Assembly (NCBI RefSeq): GCF_009914755.1
Contig: NC_060926.1
Source of the DNA: the human T2T-CHM13v2.0 reference genome, Homo sapiens
Reading direction: 5' to 3' (one strand)
DNA length: 64,000 nt
Of this stretch, positions 1-22,191 are shown piece by piece. A model generated the notes under the pieces. It searched no databases and was not told the origin of the DNA. It saw only the letters and a program-made list of their open reading frames with translations. Positions within the stretch are counted from its first letter, which is position 1. Each line of letters begins with the position of its first letter. A program made the position numbers and the translations under genes.

Positions 1-296
<296 letters not shown>

Positions 297-329
297 CCTT
301 TTAATAGAAGAATTATCTAGGACTTGATC

Positions 330-1875
330 CTTGGTCTTCTTAATAGACACTCAATCTTTTGGTTATCTCATCCACCTCATGGGTGTAATTACCATCTATA
401 TGCCAAAGAATTCCAAATTTATATCTCCAGGTGAGAACTCTGTCTCTCAGAATCCAGTCTCATGTACTCAACTTCCTGCTTCACTTGAGTAGACATCTTA
501 AACTCAACATATTCAAAGCTGAACACCCCCACCAAGTTGAACCATTTGCAAGTTTCCACATTATAATTAGTGACATCTCCACTGATTCAGTTATTCAGTA
601 AATAAAACCTTTGACTCCTGGCTGAGCGCGGTTGCTCACACCTGTAATCCCAGTACTTTGGGAGGCCCAGGCAGATGGATCACTTGAGGTTAGGAGCTCA
701 AGACCAGCCTGGACAACATGGTGAAACCCTGTCTCTATTAAAAATACAAAAATTAGCCAGGCATGGTGGCGCGCACATGTAATGTCAGCTACTCGGGAGG
801 CTGAGGCAGGAGAATCACTTGAACCTGGGAGGTGGAGGTTCCAGTGAGCAAGAGATTGCATCACTGCACTCCAGCCTGGGTGACACAGCAAGACTCTGTC
901 TCAAACAACAACAACAACAATCAACAAACAAAATAAACCCAAAAAAACTTTGACTCCTCTCTTTATAACCATATCCAATATTTCACGAAATAATGCTGAC
1001 TACCTTAAAAATAAATGCAGAATTCTCTCATCCTTCATTCCTTCCCTGCAATCACCTTGGCCCCATCCACATTCATCTCTTATCTGAGTTATTGTGGTAG
1101 TTTTTGTTTGTTTGTTTTAGTAAAGTGAAAGCAGTTTATTAGAGAAGTGAAGAAACAAAAGAATGGCACTCCATAGACAGAGCAACCTATTGTGGTGGTT
1201 TTTAGTGGTCCCCCTCACCAACTCTTGACTCCATCTATTCTAGTCTCACTACAGCAGCAAAAGTGATGCTTGTCAAGTGTAAGTCAGATCATGTGCCCCC
1301 AAGCTCCAAATCTTGTAATAGTTTCCTTCTTTACTCAGAGTAAAGCTAATGTCCATACATTCCCCTATGAGGCCCTAAAGTGATCCACATCCCTTCCCCC
1401 ATTACCTACCTGACCTCACCTTCTACTCTTCCTCTCCATCAGTCTTCTACAGTCCCCTGGCCTCCATGGTGCTCTTCAGAATTGTGCTTTTGTCCTAACT
1501 GTTTGGTCTGCCTGAAATACTCTTCCCCTAGATAATCTTCTGACAAACTCCCCCACCTCCTTAAAAAGTCTGTTCAGATTTCATAGTCTCAATAATGTCC
1601 ACCTTAACCACCTGATTTCCTCATTTAATACTGTAGCTTTCTACCTCACCATTTTGATCACTTTATCCTGCTATAATATTATATGCTATTTATCATCTTC
1701 TAAGACACTATGTATTTTCTAACTTTTATAGCGTGTTTCCTCCCCTTATCCCCCAAACAGAAACTCCAGTAAGCAGAGATCTTTGTTTTATTCCCGATAC
1801 ATTCCAAATACCTAAAACTATGCCTGCTACATAGTAAGTACTCAATAAATACTTGTTGAATGAGGAATTGGGTGA
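330..1875. mobile_element. Degraded L2 fragments in PTPRN intron 3 (interrupted by an Alu)
   Basis: L2-like 3' end (acatagtaagtactcaataaatacttgttgaatga at about 1830-1863) and L2 body motifs. Confidence 0.65.
620..948 (+). mobile_element. Alu (S-type)
   Basis: ggctgagcgcggttgctcacacctgtaatccc start, A-rich linker and tail. Confidence 0.93.
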
Positions 1876-2195
1876 GTGGAATATTATCCTGGCTGAGGAT
1901 TCCAGAGTTCTTGGCTCTGTAGCACTCAGACAATGCCAGTGAGAGGAACTGGTCCTAAGAAGATGGAAGCTGGCCTTTTCCAGTGACTTCTTCTTAGAAG
2001 GCTCCTCTGGGCTTCTCCAGAGAGTCCAAATGTGAATAGCCCATCTCTAGGGTTCCACCTCTTACTCTAGCAAGATATGGGAAGGTGAGGCTCCAGCAGT
2101 GGGGGTGATAGGAATATTCCTTGAAGAGAAATCTTCTTCCCCACCCATAACTAACCAAGTTCCAATCTCTCTCCTCCAGTGCACCCAGACCTTAC

Positions 2196-2309
2196 CTTGG
2201 GACATGAGTTGTCGGAGCACACCTTGTAAGCGTTGGAGAACTGGGGAGGTGACTTGCAAAAGGGGCCGGGCCTGCCCCACTCCCACCTGGCACTGCCCAA
2301 ACAAGCCAT
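2196..2309 (-). CDS. PTPRN: PTPRN coding exon 3, (D)GLFGQCQVGVGQARPLLQVTSPVLQRLQGVLRQLMSQ(G); start of the RESP18-homology domain
   Basis: 114 nt; acceptor cccttag, donor gtaagg; contained in ORF 2062..2361; remaining exons lie beyond the window's left edge. Confidence 0.96.
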
Positions 2310-2543
2310 CTAAGGGCACAAAAGTGGTGTCAGCAGGGGGCTTGAATAAGAGGCCTTCCAAAGTCCAGGTTGCAAATGGACTGTACTCTCTTCACTTTCT
2401 CCCCTACCTCTCCTCCTCCAGGCAAGTCTTCCTTCTTCTCAAGCCCAGTAGCCCTCTTCCTTTCTGGGCCTTCTCTCCCCTTCTTGTTTTTTATTGCCCC
2501 TCTCCCCCCGATCTTGTGAGTTCTATGCTTGGGCCTCACTCAC

Positions 2544-2594
2544 CCTGAATACAGACTTCCAGGTGAGAGCAGAGCCTGCGGTCAAATAGACAGC
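2544..2594 (-). CDS. PTPRN: PTPRN coding exon 2, (G)CLFDRRLCSHLEVCIQ
   Basis: 51 nt; acceptor ctacag, donor gtgagt; phase 1-1, in frame with exons 1 and 3; Cys-rich IA-2 segment. Confidence 0.96.
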
Positions 2595-3070
2595 CTGTAG
2601 AGGAAAAGGTGAGCAGAGGCTCAGACACCCACTCACAGAGAATGGGCAGATGGGTGGACAGGCTGGGAACGGGAGAAGCAGATGCAATTTATTCTTTCAT
2701 TCTAAAGAAGGCCTTAAGCTGGGAGGAGAGTAGGAATCAGGCCTGAATTTCTTAAAAGGAAGCATGGGATCTTGTTTTGGATTTTAAGAATTTGTGAGTC
2801 TGTATCCTTAAAAGCCTCTGTTTGCTTAACTGAGTGATAGGGAAGAAACCTTCCAGGTGCAGGGAGAGAGATTCATAGAATTACTGCAGGAGAGGTTTTG
2901 GCCAAATTCTGAAAGAGGAATTTCCTTCCCAAATATGGAAAAGCATCCTATAATGGCCTGGAACTCAGAAGAGGTTCTAGCACACTTCCCCCGGTCGGGG
3001 GAAAGAGGGCATGGGTGGGGCTGGGGAGGGTGTCTCTTAGGCATCTCTCCTCGCGCTGTCCCGAGCCGCT

Positions 3071-3091
3071 GGCGCTGTCCGCGGTGCTGAA
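3071..3091 (-). promoter_or_regulatory. REST/NRSF RE1 element in PTPRN intron 1
   Basis: Minus strand TTCAGCACCGCGGACAGCGCC, essentially the RE1 consensus TTCAGCACCnCGGACAGCGCC. Confidence 0.92.
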
Positions 3092-3330
3092 GCTCTGAGT
3101 CTGGCGCCGCCAAGGGCTGGCCTTGGAGGCGGTTACCAGAGAGGAAGGGGTCACAGAGCGAGGACTCTCCACTAGACCTGAGCCCTCTGTTGTATTCTGC
3201 CAACCCACAGCGTCACAGGAAGTACTCTGCCTCTCGGGCCTCCAAGCCCGGGTGGGGAAAGAGGGCGCCAGGCGGCGAGGCTGCGCCCCTTCCCCCACGC
3301 GCCACCCTCCCATCCCCCACCCCCTGTCCG

Positions 3331-3374
3331 TGAGTCAGCGCTGACTGTCTCTGTCCGCACAGATGTGAGTCAGC
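3331..3374. promoter_or_regulatory. Two AP-1/Maf (MARE/ARE-like) TGAGTCAGC motifs in PTPRN intron 1
   Basis: TGAGTCAGC at 3331-3339 and 3366-3374; same motif at the homologous position in RESP18 (26782-26790). Confidence 0.6.
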
Positions 3375-3969
3375 ACCAGGCCTGGCTGTGGGGAGGGGGA
3401 CAAGAGAGGACCCTCCCCTCTTCATCCTCTTCTGCCCCCTCCCCGTGCTGTCCCCCGTTACAGGAGATCAGATCGCTGCAATCAGCTTCTCTAGGCTTAC
3501 GGAGAAACCCTGGCCTCTCTCTCTGCCCAGCTGGGACTCTATGTCTGCGGCCCAGGCTTCCACTGCCCAGAGATCACCGTTCCCTCATTCTCCCCGCCAC
3601 CTCCCCTTCCCATTCCTCAGCGCCTGTCACCACCTCCCAGGCGCCTCGGAGCAAGTGGCTTCTCCTGTGGTCTCGCAGCCGGTCTCTAAGTCCCTCTGCC
3701 CACATGCACCCCGTGTCCTTCTCCCGAACCTGCAATTTTCCCCAGAGCCCAATTCTCTTAGGTCCCGCCCCCGTATTCCCAGCCCCACCTCCAGGCCTAC
3801 GCCCCTTTCCTCCGAGACGCCCTCTCACCTTCCTCATCTCGCATGCCTCCCCCAACCCATATTCTCCCCGAGCTTCATGACATTTCACCCTCACCCCCAC
3901 CGAGTTTCGCTCCAGGCCCCAAGCTGCTCCCCGCCCCCCACCACCCGCCAGCCCAAGTTTCCTCCTGAC

Positions 3970-4084
3970 CGTGGGCACTAACGGCGCTGCAGCCCCCCGG
4001 GCGGCTGCTCAGCAGCAGGAGGCAGAGGAGCAGCCGGAGACCCCCGGATCCCCCGAGACCCCCAGGCCGCCGCGGGCGCCGCAT
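3970..4084 (-). CDS. PTPRN: PTPRN (IA-2/ICA512) coding exon 1, signal peptide MRRPRRPGGLGGSGGLRLLLCLLLLSSRPGGCSAVSAH(G)
   Basis: ATG at 4084-4082; 115 nt, ends in phase 1 at donor gtcagg (3969); recognisable IA-2 N-terminus with hydrophobic core; inside a CpG island. Confidence 0.97.
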
Positions 4085-4330
4085 CTTTCCGAGCTCCGGG
4101 CGCTCGCTCCCGGGCCGGAGCCGCAGCGACGCTGGCGGGAGCCTGCCAGAGGGGCTGAGGCGGGGCTTGCCGCTCCCCACCTCCCTACGAGGCGGGGTCT
4201 ACATGCCCCTCTCGCTGCAACGCGGCCAACCGCAGGCGGGTGCTGACGACACCTCCACCCCCGGCTCGTAAGCTAATTTGCGTCACATATGGCGTAAGAG
4301 CCCTGTCGGAGCGGGGGACCTACCTAGCCC
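4085..4330 (-). promoter_or_regulatory. PTPRN: PTPRN 5'UTR/CpG-island promoter with GC boxes and CRE half-sites
   Basis: High CpG density; GGCGGGG boxes; TGACG at 4244-4248 and TGCGTCA at 4279-4285; exact TSS not determinable from sequence. Confidence 0.75.
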
Positions 4331-4770
4331 ATCCCTCCTCCATCAAATAGTAGGCGCCTCGCTAGAATTCCCACTTGGCCCCATCCCTGTAGCCCTCTTC
4401 TAGGATCACCTCTGTCTCCCCGCCCCAGGGTGGGTGAAAAGGGTTAAGTTAAGTGGGGGGCCAGGAAAGATAGGTGGGTCCAGAACGATAAACCCGAAGA
4501 CAAGAAGCAGAAAAGTGGGTAGAATAAGTACTCTTACTCATTGTCATTGAAGATACTGTTCTCTTCCTTAAGAAAAAATGGTTAGGCATGCCTAGATTCC
4601 AGTTCTAGCAGGGCATCTACTAAGGGTATGACCTTGGGCACCTTGTTTAACTTGTCTGCGTCCAAGTTTCCTGATCTGCAAAGTGGAGGTGTTAATAGTT
4701 ACTACCCGCCTCACACAGTGATTGTGAAGATTTTGTTCGTTACACTAATATGGATCACTTAGAAGGATGA

Positions 4771-5037
<267 letters not shown>

Positions 5038-6941
5038 TGAACTCTTGACCTCAGGTGATCCAACGGCCTTCGCCTCCCAAAATGCTGGGATTACAGGTGT
5101 GAGCTACCGGGCCTGGCCTCATCATTAGCTTTGACTCTCCTTTCTCTCCGTCTGTGCCACCTCGAGGCTATCAATCATTTTATGGTTTCTCCCTGCAAAA
5201 TACATCTCCCATCAGTCCACTTCTGTCCATCCTCACTACCTGAACTGAAACACTGTGCTCTTTCACCACGACCACTGCAGCAATCAGCTAGTAACTGCTC
5301 TTTTGCTTCCACTCTAGTCATCCAATAAGTAGGGGAGTGAGCTTCTTAAGTTCAGATTTGATCTCCTTCCTCTCTTGCTTTCCAGTAAAATAAAATAAAA
5401 TTTAAAAAGGACAGAAATGCATAATGAATACTTACATACTCATCATCCATACTTAATGGTTATTGATGTTTTACAATATTTGCTTCTTTTTAGTATTTAA
5501 ACATGAATGATAGACATCATGACATTTCTCTTCTAAATATTTCATTATGCATCTCCAAGAAATAAGGACATTTTCCTGCATAACCTAAGTGCTGTTATGA
5601 CACCTAAAAAAATTTACAATAATTCCTTAATATAATTTTTTAAATTTTTTTTTTTATTTTTTTGAGAAGGAGTCTTGCGCTCTTTTGCCCAGGCCAGACT
5701 GCAGTGGCACTATCTTGGCTCACTGCAAGCTCCCCCTCCCAGGTTCACGCCATTCTCCTGCCTCAGCCTCCTGAGTAGCTGGGATTACAGGTGCCTGCCA
5801 CTGCACCCGGCTAATTTTTTGTATTTTTAGTAGAGACGGGGTTTCACCGTGTTAGCCAAGATGGTCTCGATCTCCTGACCTCGTGATGCACCCACCTCGG
5901 CCTCCCAAAGTGCTAGGATCACAGGCGTGAGCCACCGCGCCCGGGCATTCCTTAATATAATTTAATGCTCAGTTCATATTCAAATTTCTCAGATTGTTTC
6001 CCCAAAAATGCCTTTTCTTTTCAGGTGTTTTGTTCAAAATAACAGTCAATTAAGAACAACCACGGCCTTTGTTATGTTTCTTAATCTCTGTAAATTAGCA
6101 TAGACACCATATCCTCTCTCCCCTCCCCCATTTTTGACATTGTCATGTTGATAGACCAGGTCAATTTTTCTTTAGAACTCTTCTTCTGGGTTTATCTGAT
6201 TTTTTTCTTCATGTTGTATTTCCCTGTATTTCTCCAGTGTATAACCTGTATATCACCTGTATTTCCTGTAAACTAGAAGTTATATATGAAGTATTGACTG
6301 TATCAAATTAAAGAATTTTTAAAGCAAAATGCCTCTCATTGCATCATTTCAGGAAGTACATGATGTCTGACTGTTCTATTAGTGATGTTAAAATTGATCA
6401 CTGGTTTAAGGTAGAGACAGCCAGATCTCTGTATGTAAAGCTGTGGTTTTCTAATGTGACCAGCATGTAATCCTTGGATGATACTTTGGCACTGTGAGAC
6501 TATCTAGTTCCTCATCAACTTTTCACCTAATGGTTTCACTATTCACTGGTGATCCATCCTTGACTAAATGATTTCATTAGAGGTTGCAAAATGGTGATTT
6601 TTATAATCCTATCATTCAATTCACGTTTATCGCTTATTTTACTTTGTAAAGAAGGGCTTTCTCTCATCAACTGGGTTTAGTTTACACTAAAATGCAATTC
6701 CAACTGGAAAGGTAACATATATTCTCAGCTTTTTCTCTTTACCCTTCTGCAAAATAATGAGTCTGTGTAGTGTAGTGACCTCTAACAGTGACTAATACAT
6801 TTTTAAACATTTATTTATTTATTTAGAGTCAGGGTCTCACTCTATCACCCAGTCTGGAGTGCAGTGACAAGATCATAGCTCACTGCAGCCTTCAACTCCT
6901 GGGCTCAAGCAATCCTTCTGCCCCAGCCTCCTGAGCAGCTA

Positions 6942-7357
<416 letters not shown>

Positions 7358-7388
7358 TCAGGTTTGGTAGTATTATGCATAATGCTAT

Positions 7389-8756
7389 TGAGAGGTGACA
7401 GCATGCTGGCAGCCCTCACAGCCCTCGCTCGCTCTCGGCGCCTCCTCGGCCTTGGCGCCCACTCTGGCCGAGCTTGAGGAGCCCTTCAGCCCGCCGCTGC
7501 ACTGTGGCAGCCCCTTCCCCGGCTGGCCAAGGCCGGAGCCGGCTCCCTCAGATTGCGGGGAGGTGTGGAGGGAGAGGCGCGGGCGGGAACCGGGGCTGCG
7601 CGTGGCACTTGCGGGCTAGCGCGAGTTCCGGGTGGGCTTGGGCTCGGCGGGCCCCGCACTCGGAGCGGCCGGCCAGCCCCGCCGGCCCCGGGCAGTGAGG
7701 GGCTTAGCACCTGGGTCAGCAGCTGCTGTGCTCGACTTCTCGCCGGGCCTTAGCTGCCTCCCCGCGGGGCAGGGCTCGGGACCTGCAGCCCACCAGGCCT
7801 GAGTCTCCCCCTCCGCTGTAGGCTCCTGCACGGCCCTAGCCTCTCTGACGAGCGCCGCCCCCTTCTTCACGGCGCCCGGTCCCATCGACCACCCAAAGGC
7901 TGAGGAGTGCGGGCACATGGCTCGGGACTGGCAGGCAGCTCCACCTGCGGCCCCGGTGTGGGATCCACTGGGTGAAGCCAGCTGGCCTCCTGAGTCTGGT
8001 GGGGACTTGGAGAACTTTTATGTCTAGCTAATGGATTGTAAATACACCAATTGGCACTCTGTATCTAGCACAAGGTTTGTAAACACACCAATCAGCACCC
8101 TGTGTCTAGCTCAGGGTTTGTGAATGCACCAATCGACACTCTGTATCTAGCTAATCTGGTGGGGAGGTGGAGAACTTTCGTGTCTAGCTCAGGGATTGTA
8201 AATGCACCAATCAGCACCCTGTCAAAATGGACCAATCAGCTCTCTGTAAAACAGACCAATCAGCTCTCTCTAAAATGGACCAATCATCAGGATATGGGTG
8301 GGGCCAGATAAAGAATAAAAGCAGGCTGCCCCACCGGCAGTAGCGACTCACTCGGGTCCCCTTCCACGTGGGGGAGGATTTGTTTTTTTGCTCTTTGTAT
8401 TAAGTTCCTGCTGTTCAGTTGTGGGGTCCACACTGCTTTCATGAGCTGTAACACTCACGATGATGGTCTGCAGCTTCGCTCCTGAAGCCAGCGAGACCAC
8501 AAACCCACTGGGAGGAACGAGCAAGTCTAGACGCGCCACCTTAAGAGCTGTAACACTCACTGCGAAGGTCTGCAGTTTCACTCTTGAGCTAGCGAGACCA
8601 AGAACCCACCGGAAGGAAGAAACTCGGAACACATCTGAACATCAGAAGAAACAAACTCCAGACACGCTGCCTTTAACAACTGTAATACTCACTGCGAGGG
8701 TCCAGCACTTCATTCTTGAAGTCAGTGAGACCGAGAACCCACCAATTCTGGACACA
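7389..8756 (+). mobile_element. Solo LTR12-family (probably LTR12C, HERV9) LTR
   Basis: Begins TGAGAGGTGACAGC, ends GGACACA; 4-bp TSD ctat (7385-7388 and 8757-8760); CpG-rich U3 with tandem CCAATC repeats (about 8040-8290), AATAAA near 8314, gctgtaacactcac repeats. Confidence 0.93.
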
Positions 8757-8766
8757 CTATTATGAA

Positions 8767-9055
8767 TTTTTTTTTTTTTTTTGAGACGGAGTCTCACTGT
8801 CACCCAGGCTGGAGTGCAGTGGCACAATCTTGGCTCACTGCAACCTCTGCCTCGGGTTTAAGTGATTCTCCTGCATCAGCCTCCCCAGTAGCTGGGGTTA
8901 CAGGTGTATGCCACCAGGCCTGACGAATTTTTGTATTTTTAGGAGAGGGGGCTTCACAAGGTTGGTCAGGTTGGTCTCTAACTTCTGACCTCGTGATCCT
9001 CCCGCCTTGGCCTCCCAAAATGCTGGGATGACAGGCGTCAGCCACCGTGCCCAGC
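8767..9055 (-). mobile_element. Alu whose left target-site duplication was split by the LTR12 insertion
   Basis: tgctattatgaat at 9056-9068; left copy reconstructs as tgctat[LTR]ctattatgaat. Confidence 0.9.
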
Positions 9056-9289
9056 TGCTATTATGAATATTCCTGTACACACGCCTCTTGTGTACATATG
9101 TGTGCATTTCTCTAAGCTAGTAGTTCTCGAACTGTGGCCTCTGGACCAGCAGTATCAGTATCTGAAAATTTCTTAGAAATGTAAATTCTTGGGTTCCTGA
9201 ACTATTGAAGCAACAACTGTGAATGTGACTCTCTGACTTTAACAATCCCTCCAGGTGATTCTAATGCATGCTGAAATTTAAGAACCACG

Positions 9290-16790
<7,501 letters not shown>

Positions 16791-17578
16791 GATTTCACCC
16801 TGTTGCCCAGGCTGGAATGCAGTGCTGTAATTTCAGCTCACTGCAACCTTGAACTCCTGGGCTCAGGTAATTCTTACTTCAACCTCCCAAGTAGCTAGGA
16901 CTACAGGCACGCACCACCACGCCTAGCTAATTTTTACATATTTTTTTGAAATGTGATTTTGCTATGTTTCCCAGGCTGGTCTCAAACTCCTGAGCTCAAG
17001 CAATCTGCCTGCCTCGGGCTCCCAAATTGCTGGGATTACAGGTGTAAGCCACCTTTCCTGGCCTGAGTTATCTTTTAACTCCAGCCATTGCTGCAGCCAC
17101 CTGCACTAAATCATTTGACACCACCTGCCTCACCTGCACTAAATATCTCTTGTTTTTGATTTGAGTCTGCTCTGCTACAACAGCATTAGGCACTCCTGGG
17201 AATCTGTTCAGTCATTCTCATCCATGAAAAACCTGGAAGTATGAGGAAATTAACATCCCATAGGTCAACTCTTGATCCAATGGCGGATGGAAACTAGATA
17301 AATACTTCTCTTTCCGAAGGACAATTGTAGGGTATATCTTGTACCTGATGCTTAAAGAGTCCCCAGAAGAACTGATTCCCAGTGGCCTACAACTCATTCT
17401 TGCACCCTTAAATTAGCTTTCCAAGCCCTCCTGTTTCGCTCTTTTCATTCTTCCACTCTTGATCTTGTGATATCTTCCCAAACTAAACAACCTCTATACA
17501 AGCCCTTATTTTGCAGTTTGACTTTGGGAGGAATCAGTCTAAGACAAGTTGTCTTCAGCAAGGGCCTGAGGAGTATGA

Positions 17579-17794
17579 GCTTGAGGTAATGACCTAGTGC
17601 ATTATTACCAGAAGCAGAAATTGAGGAAAAAATAAATATGGGAGATATAACAACATGTGTTGATGAAAATGATCAGACATCCAAAAGGCTTGAGGTAATG
17701 ACCTAGTGCATCATTACCAGAAGCAGAAATTCAGGAAAAAATAAATATAAAAGATATTACAGCATGTGTTGACAAAAATGATGAGACATCCAAA
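17579..17794. repeat. Two-copy direct tandem duplication, period about 109 bp
   Basis: gcttgaggtaatgacctagtgcat(t/c)attaccagaagcagaaatt...gacatccaaa starts at 17579 and again at 17688. Confidence 0.9.
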
Positions 17795-18004
17795 GAAAAG
17801 GTAATGAAGTAGGAAAGAGACCGGAGGACACAACTGTGTGATGTCCTTAAATGAGCTCCCAGCTTTAACTCTTAAGAGTAAATCAATTTTCCTTCTCCAA
17901 CTAATTCTCCAGATATTCGTATTCTGTGAATGGCACTTTTATTCCATCAGTCACAAAATCTCTAAATTCAGGTAAGCCTCCTTTCTCAACAAAGCCCAGT
18001 CATC

Positions 18005-18511
18005 TGTAGTAGTTTGCTAGGGCTGCTGTAACAAAGTACCATAGACTGGGTGGCTTAAACAACAGAAATTTATGGTCTCACAGCTCTGGAGGCTAGAAAT
18101 CTGAAACCAAGCTGTTGGCAGGGTTGATACCCTCTGAGAGCTGTGAGGGAGAATCTGTTTCAGAACTCTCTCCTTGCCTTGTAGATGGCTTCCATCTCCC
18201 TTTATCTTTTCACATCATCGTTGCTCTAGCTATGGCTGTCTTCAAATCCTGCCCCTGCTTTTTTTGAGATTGGGTCTCCCTCTGCTGCCTAGGATGGTCT
18301 CAAACTCCTGTGCTCAAGCGATTATCTAGCCTCAGCCTTTGAGTAGCTGGGACTACAAGCACTGGCCACTGTGTATTTCCTCTTTTTATAAGGATACCGT
18401 GATTGGTATTAGAGTCCGTCCTAATGACCTCATCTTAACCAACCACATCTGCAACAACCCTATTTCCAAATAACATCACATTTGGAAGTACTGGGGATTA
18501 GGACTTCAACA

Positions 18512-18545
<34 letters not shown>

Positions 18546-18573
18546 GGTGGGGGGACAGAATTCAACCTGTAAC
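18005..18573. mobile_element. MaLR LTR (MLT1-type) with an inserted Alu fragment
   Basis: tgtagtagtttgctagggctgctgtaacaaagtaccatagactgggtggcttaaacaacag start; aattcaacctgtaaca end. Confidence 0.8.
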
Positions 18574-19351
18574 AGTTGCAAAGGCTTATTAACTCATCCT
18601 TCAAAATATCTCTCATACATGTCCTCTTTCAGTCCATTCAGGTTGTGTATGGGACACCCCCACCATTGCAACAGTCTTTCTAAAATGTTTCCACTTTCTC
18701 CTGCTCTCTAATCCATCCTTAAACAGAAATGTAAGGCTATGCTTAAGCACAACTTTCATTGTGTTCTCTTGCTCAAAAACATTTAGTGTCTCCTCATTAC
18801 CTATCAGATACTACCCAAATCAGATAACCTGGTCCTCTGCAATAGGAACTGAACCTGCCTTCCTTTCTAAAAACTCCCCATCTTTCCTACCCATTCACCA
18901 TGTCCCAGAATTATCAGATTATTTAATGTCCCCTATAGGTTTTATTTTTCCAGCCTCTGCAACTTTGCTCTGGGCATGGGGGTGATGTTACGAGGGTCAG
19001 GGAATGGACCACAGAGGAGAATTTAGATTTTTCAGGTAAGACTGACAAGGTGTGCTGGGGATGGGACACTTATATGCAGAGGGAACTGCTGATACAAGGG
19101 CCCAGGAGCATAAAACAGCTGGGTATGTTTGGGGAAATGCAAATAGGGCTGAATTGCTGGTGCACATAGGACAGCAGGATGGGGGAAACACTGCAGTTTT
19201 GAAGAGGTTGGTGAGACAAGAACTTGAATGCTCTGTGGGCCAGATAAATTGCTTAGATTCTGCCCTATACCCAGGCAGTTAGTCAATGATTTATGACCAA
19301 ATCCATGCAGTGGATACTCTGACTTGTTCACAACTGTATCCCCAGGGCCTA

Positions 19352-19594
<243 letters not shown>

Positions 19595-20247
19595 TCAGGT
19601 TCAAGTGAGGTGGAGGAATTGGATTCTTCCAATTTTTCACAGCAGCCTCAGTCTCTCGGGCTCAAGTGAGGTGGAAGAATCCCAAGAGACTGAGGCTGCT
19701 GTGAGCTATGGTTGCACTACTGTACTCCAGCCTGGGTGACAGAGCGAGATCTGGGTCTCAAAAATGAATGAATGAATAATTTGGGTGCAGGTGGTTCCTG
19801 TGGGAGATGATTCCAGAAATCACAGATGAAGGACAGGGAAAGTAAGCCAAAGAAGGAAGAAAAGCCAATAATAAGTGTGTTGCTGAACAGGTTACCACTG
19901 TGGGCGACTAGGCTGAATCTCACTAGGCACCCTCTGAAGAATCATACTGAACATTTCTCACTAAGGGCTGGTGGAATCTGGGATATTTTTGCACTAAATT
20001 TGGCCCTTAACTGATTGAGAGTTGCCTCTAGGGGCATTACCTCCCAGGTGCTTCAGGGCTGCCTGGGGCACAGCTGGGCAGTCCCTTGGCATTCCAGAAA
20101 GCCTGCAGGATGAGAAGCAGAATCCCGGGGCATGAGGTGGGAAGGTTGACAGGTTCAAGAACTGTCCACCTGCAGCTGCAGGCAAATGGAGATGCAGGCC
20201 AGGAGATACGGGATGGGGCATCCACTGCATTCACTCCTTATAGATAA

Positions 20248-20499
<252 letters not shown>

Positions 20500-21120
20500 T
20501 AGGTGGGCTCAAGTGATCTGCCTGCCTCAGCCTCCCAAAGTGCTGGGATTATGGGAATAAGCCACCGCACCCCACCCTGACTACTCTTAAAGGTCTTTGA
20601 GGGCAGGAACCAAATATGTGACTCAGCATAAAGGCCAGGCACAGTGAAGCACATGATTACATACATGTTTGAAAATGAGTGAGAAAGGAAGGCTTAAGAA
20701 GAAAAGAAGGATGAGTGGCAGGGGTTAATTGATTTGATGAGAACTAGGTACGAATGAGTATGACTGATCTAACGTTGGCTTTAGCTACGTTCTTGAACAT
20801 AACAAGAAGGGAAAGGGCAACCACAGTAGCATGACTGAGAATCTGGATCATTAAGAACTAGTCGTGTAGTTTCTCTGGGTTGTTTAAATGGGGAAGATGT
20901 GGTGTGGCCAAGTTCCAATTCCTTAGAGAAACCCAGTTTGTTGTTGTTTTTGGTTTATTTTTTTGAGATGGAGTCTCACTGTTGACCAGGCTGCAGTGCA
21001 ATAGTGTGATCTTGGCTCACTGCAACTCTGCCTCCCAGGTTCAAGCGATTCTCCTACCTCAGCCTCCTGAGTAGCGCGCCACCATGCCCGGCTAATTTTT
21101 GTTTGTTTGTTTGTTTATGA

Positions 21121-21222
<102 letters not shown>

Positions 21223-21380
21223 TGAGTAGCTGGGATAGCAGGTGTGCACCACTACGCCCAGCTAATTTTTGTATTTTTAGTAGAGATGGGATTTCACCAT
21301 GTTGGCCAGGCTGGTCTCGAACTCCTGAACTCAGGTGATCCCCTTGCCCTGCCTCCCAAAGTGTGGGATTATAGGCATGA

Positions 21381-21590
<210 letters not shown>

Positions 21591-22191
21591 TGAAAGTGCT
21601 TCAAAATGTATAAAGCTCTGCAAATAGGACATTCTAGTGTTTGGTTGTTGGCTGAACATAGGTGGTGAGATTACCAACTCCCTTTTAAGATTTTAAGCTA
21701 CCAGGAGCAAACTAGCAAGAATGATCAGAATGTCCAGTGTGCGTACACTCTGACCTCAGCACTGATCTGTTGGTCCTTGTAGACAGGATGGGTGGGAAAG
21801 CCTGGTAGGGGCTATAATGCTGGAGGTGGGGACCCTCAAAAAACAGCAGGGTCCAGGCCTGTCTGGCATGAGGGGTAAAAGAAATGAATATGGAGTCCAC
21901 CTCCCCGTAACGTGAAAGGATGGGCAACTAGACCACACAGTGTGGCTGGGATGTGGCTGGGTTAGGGGGGCTGCCATTCCAGCTGTGGTCTCACTCTCAC
22001 TTTCCCCACTCCGGGAATTATCAGTGGAAGGAAAACAAGACAGAAGCCAGTCTTCCATCAGCCAAGAGTTGTGCTCCCCTCATCCCCACCCCATGTTTTG
22101 GTCCCACCTCCCTCTGTTTGGAGGCTCTGGCCAAGTTCAACCCCCACCCATCTTGCCTCAAGACAAACTCAGTGTTTGCATGAGAGTCTAC

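Noticed and set aside
3365-4246. 171-197-aa Pro/Ser-rich ORFs around PTPRN exon 1
   Set aside because: By-products of CpG-island composition, antisense or intronic to PTPRN
8040-8700. Regularly spaced repeats resembling an array (ccaatc units, gctgtaacactcac units)
   Set aside because: Normal internal tandem structure of LTR12; not CRISPR-like, no unique spacers, eukaryotic context
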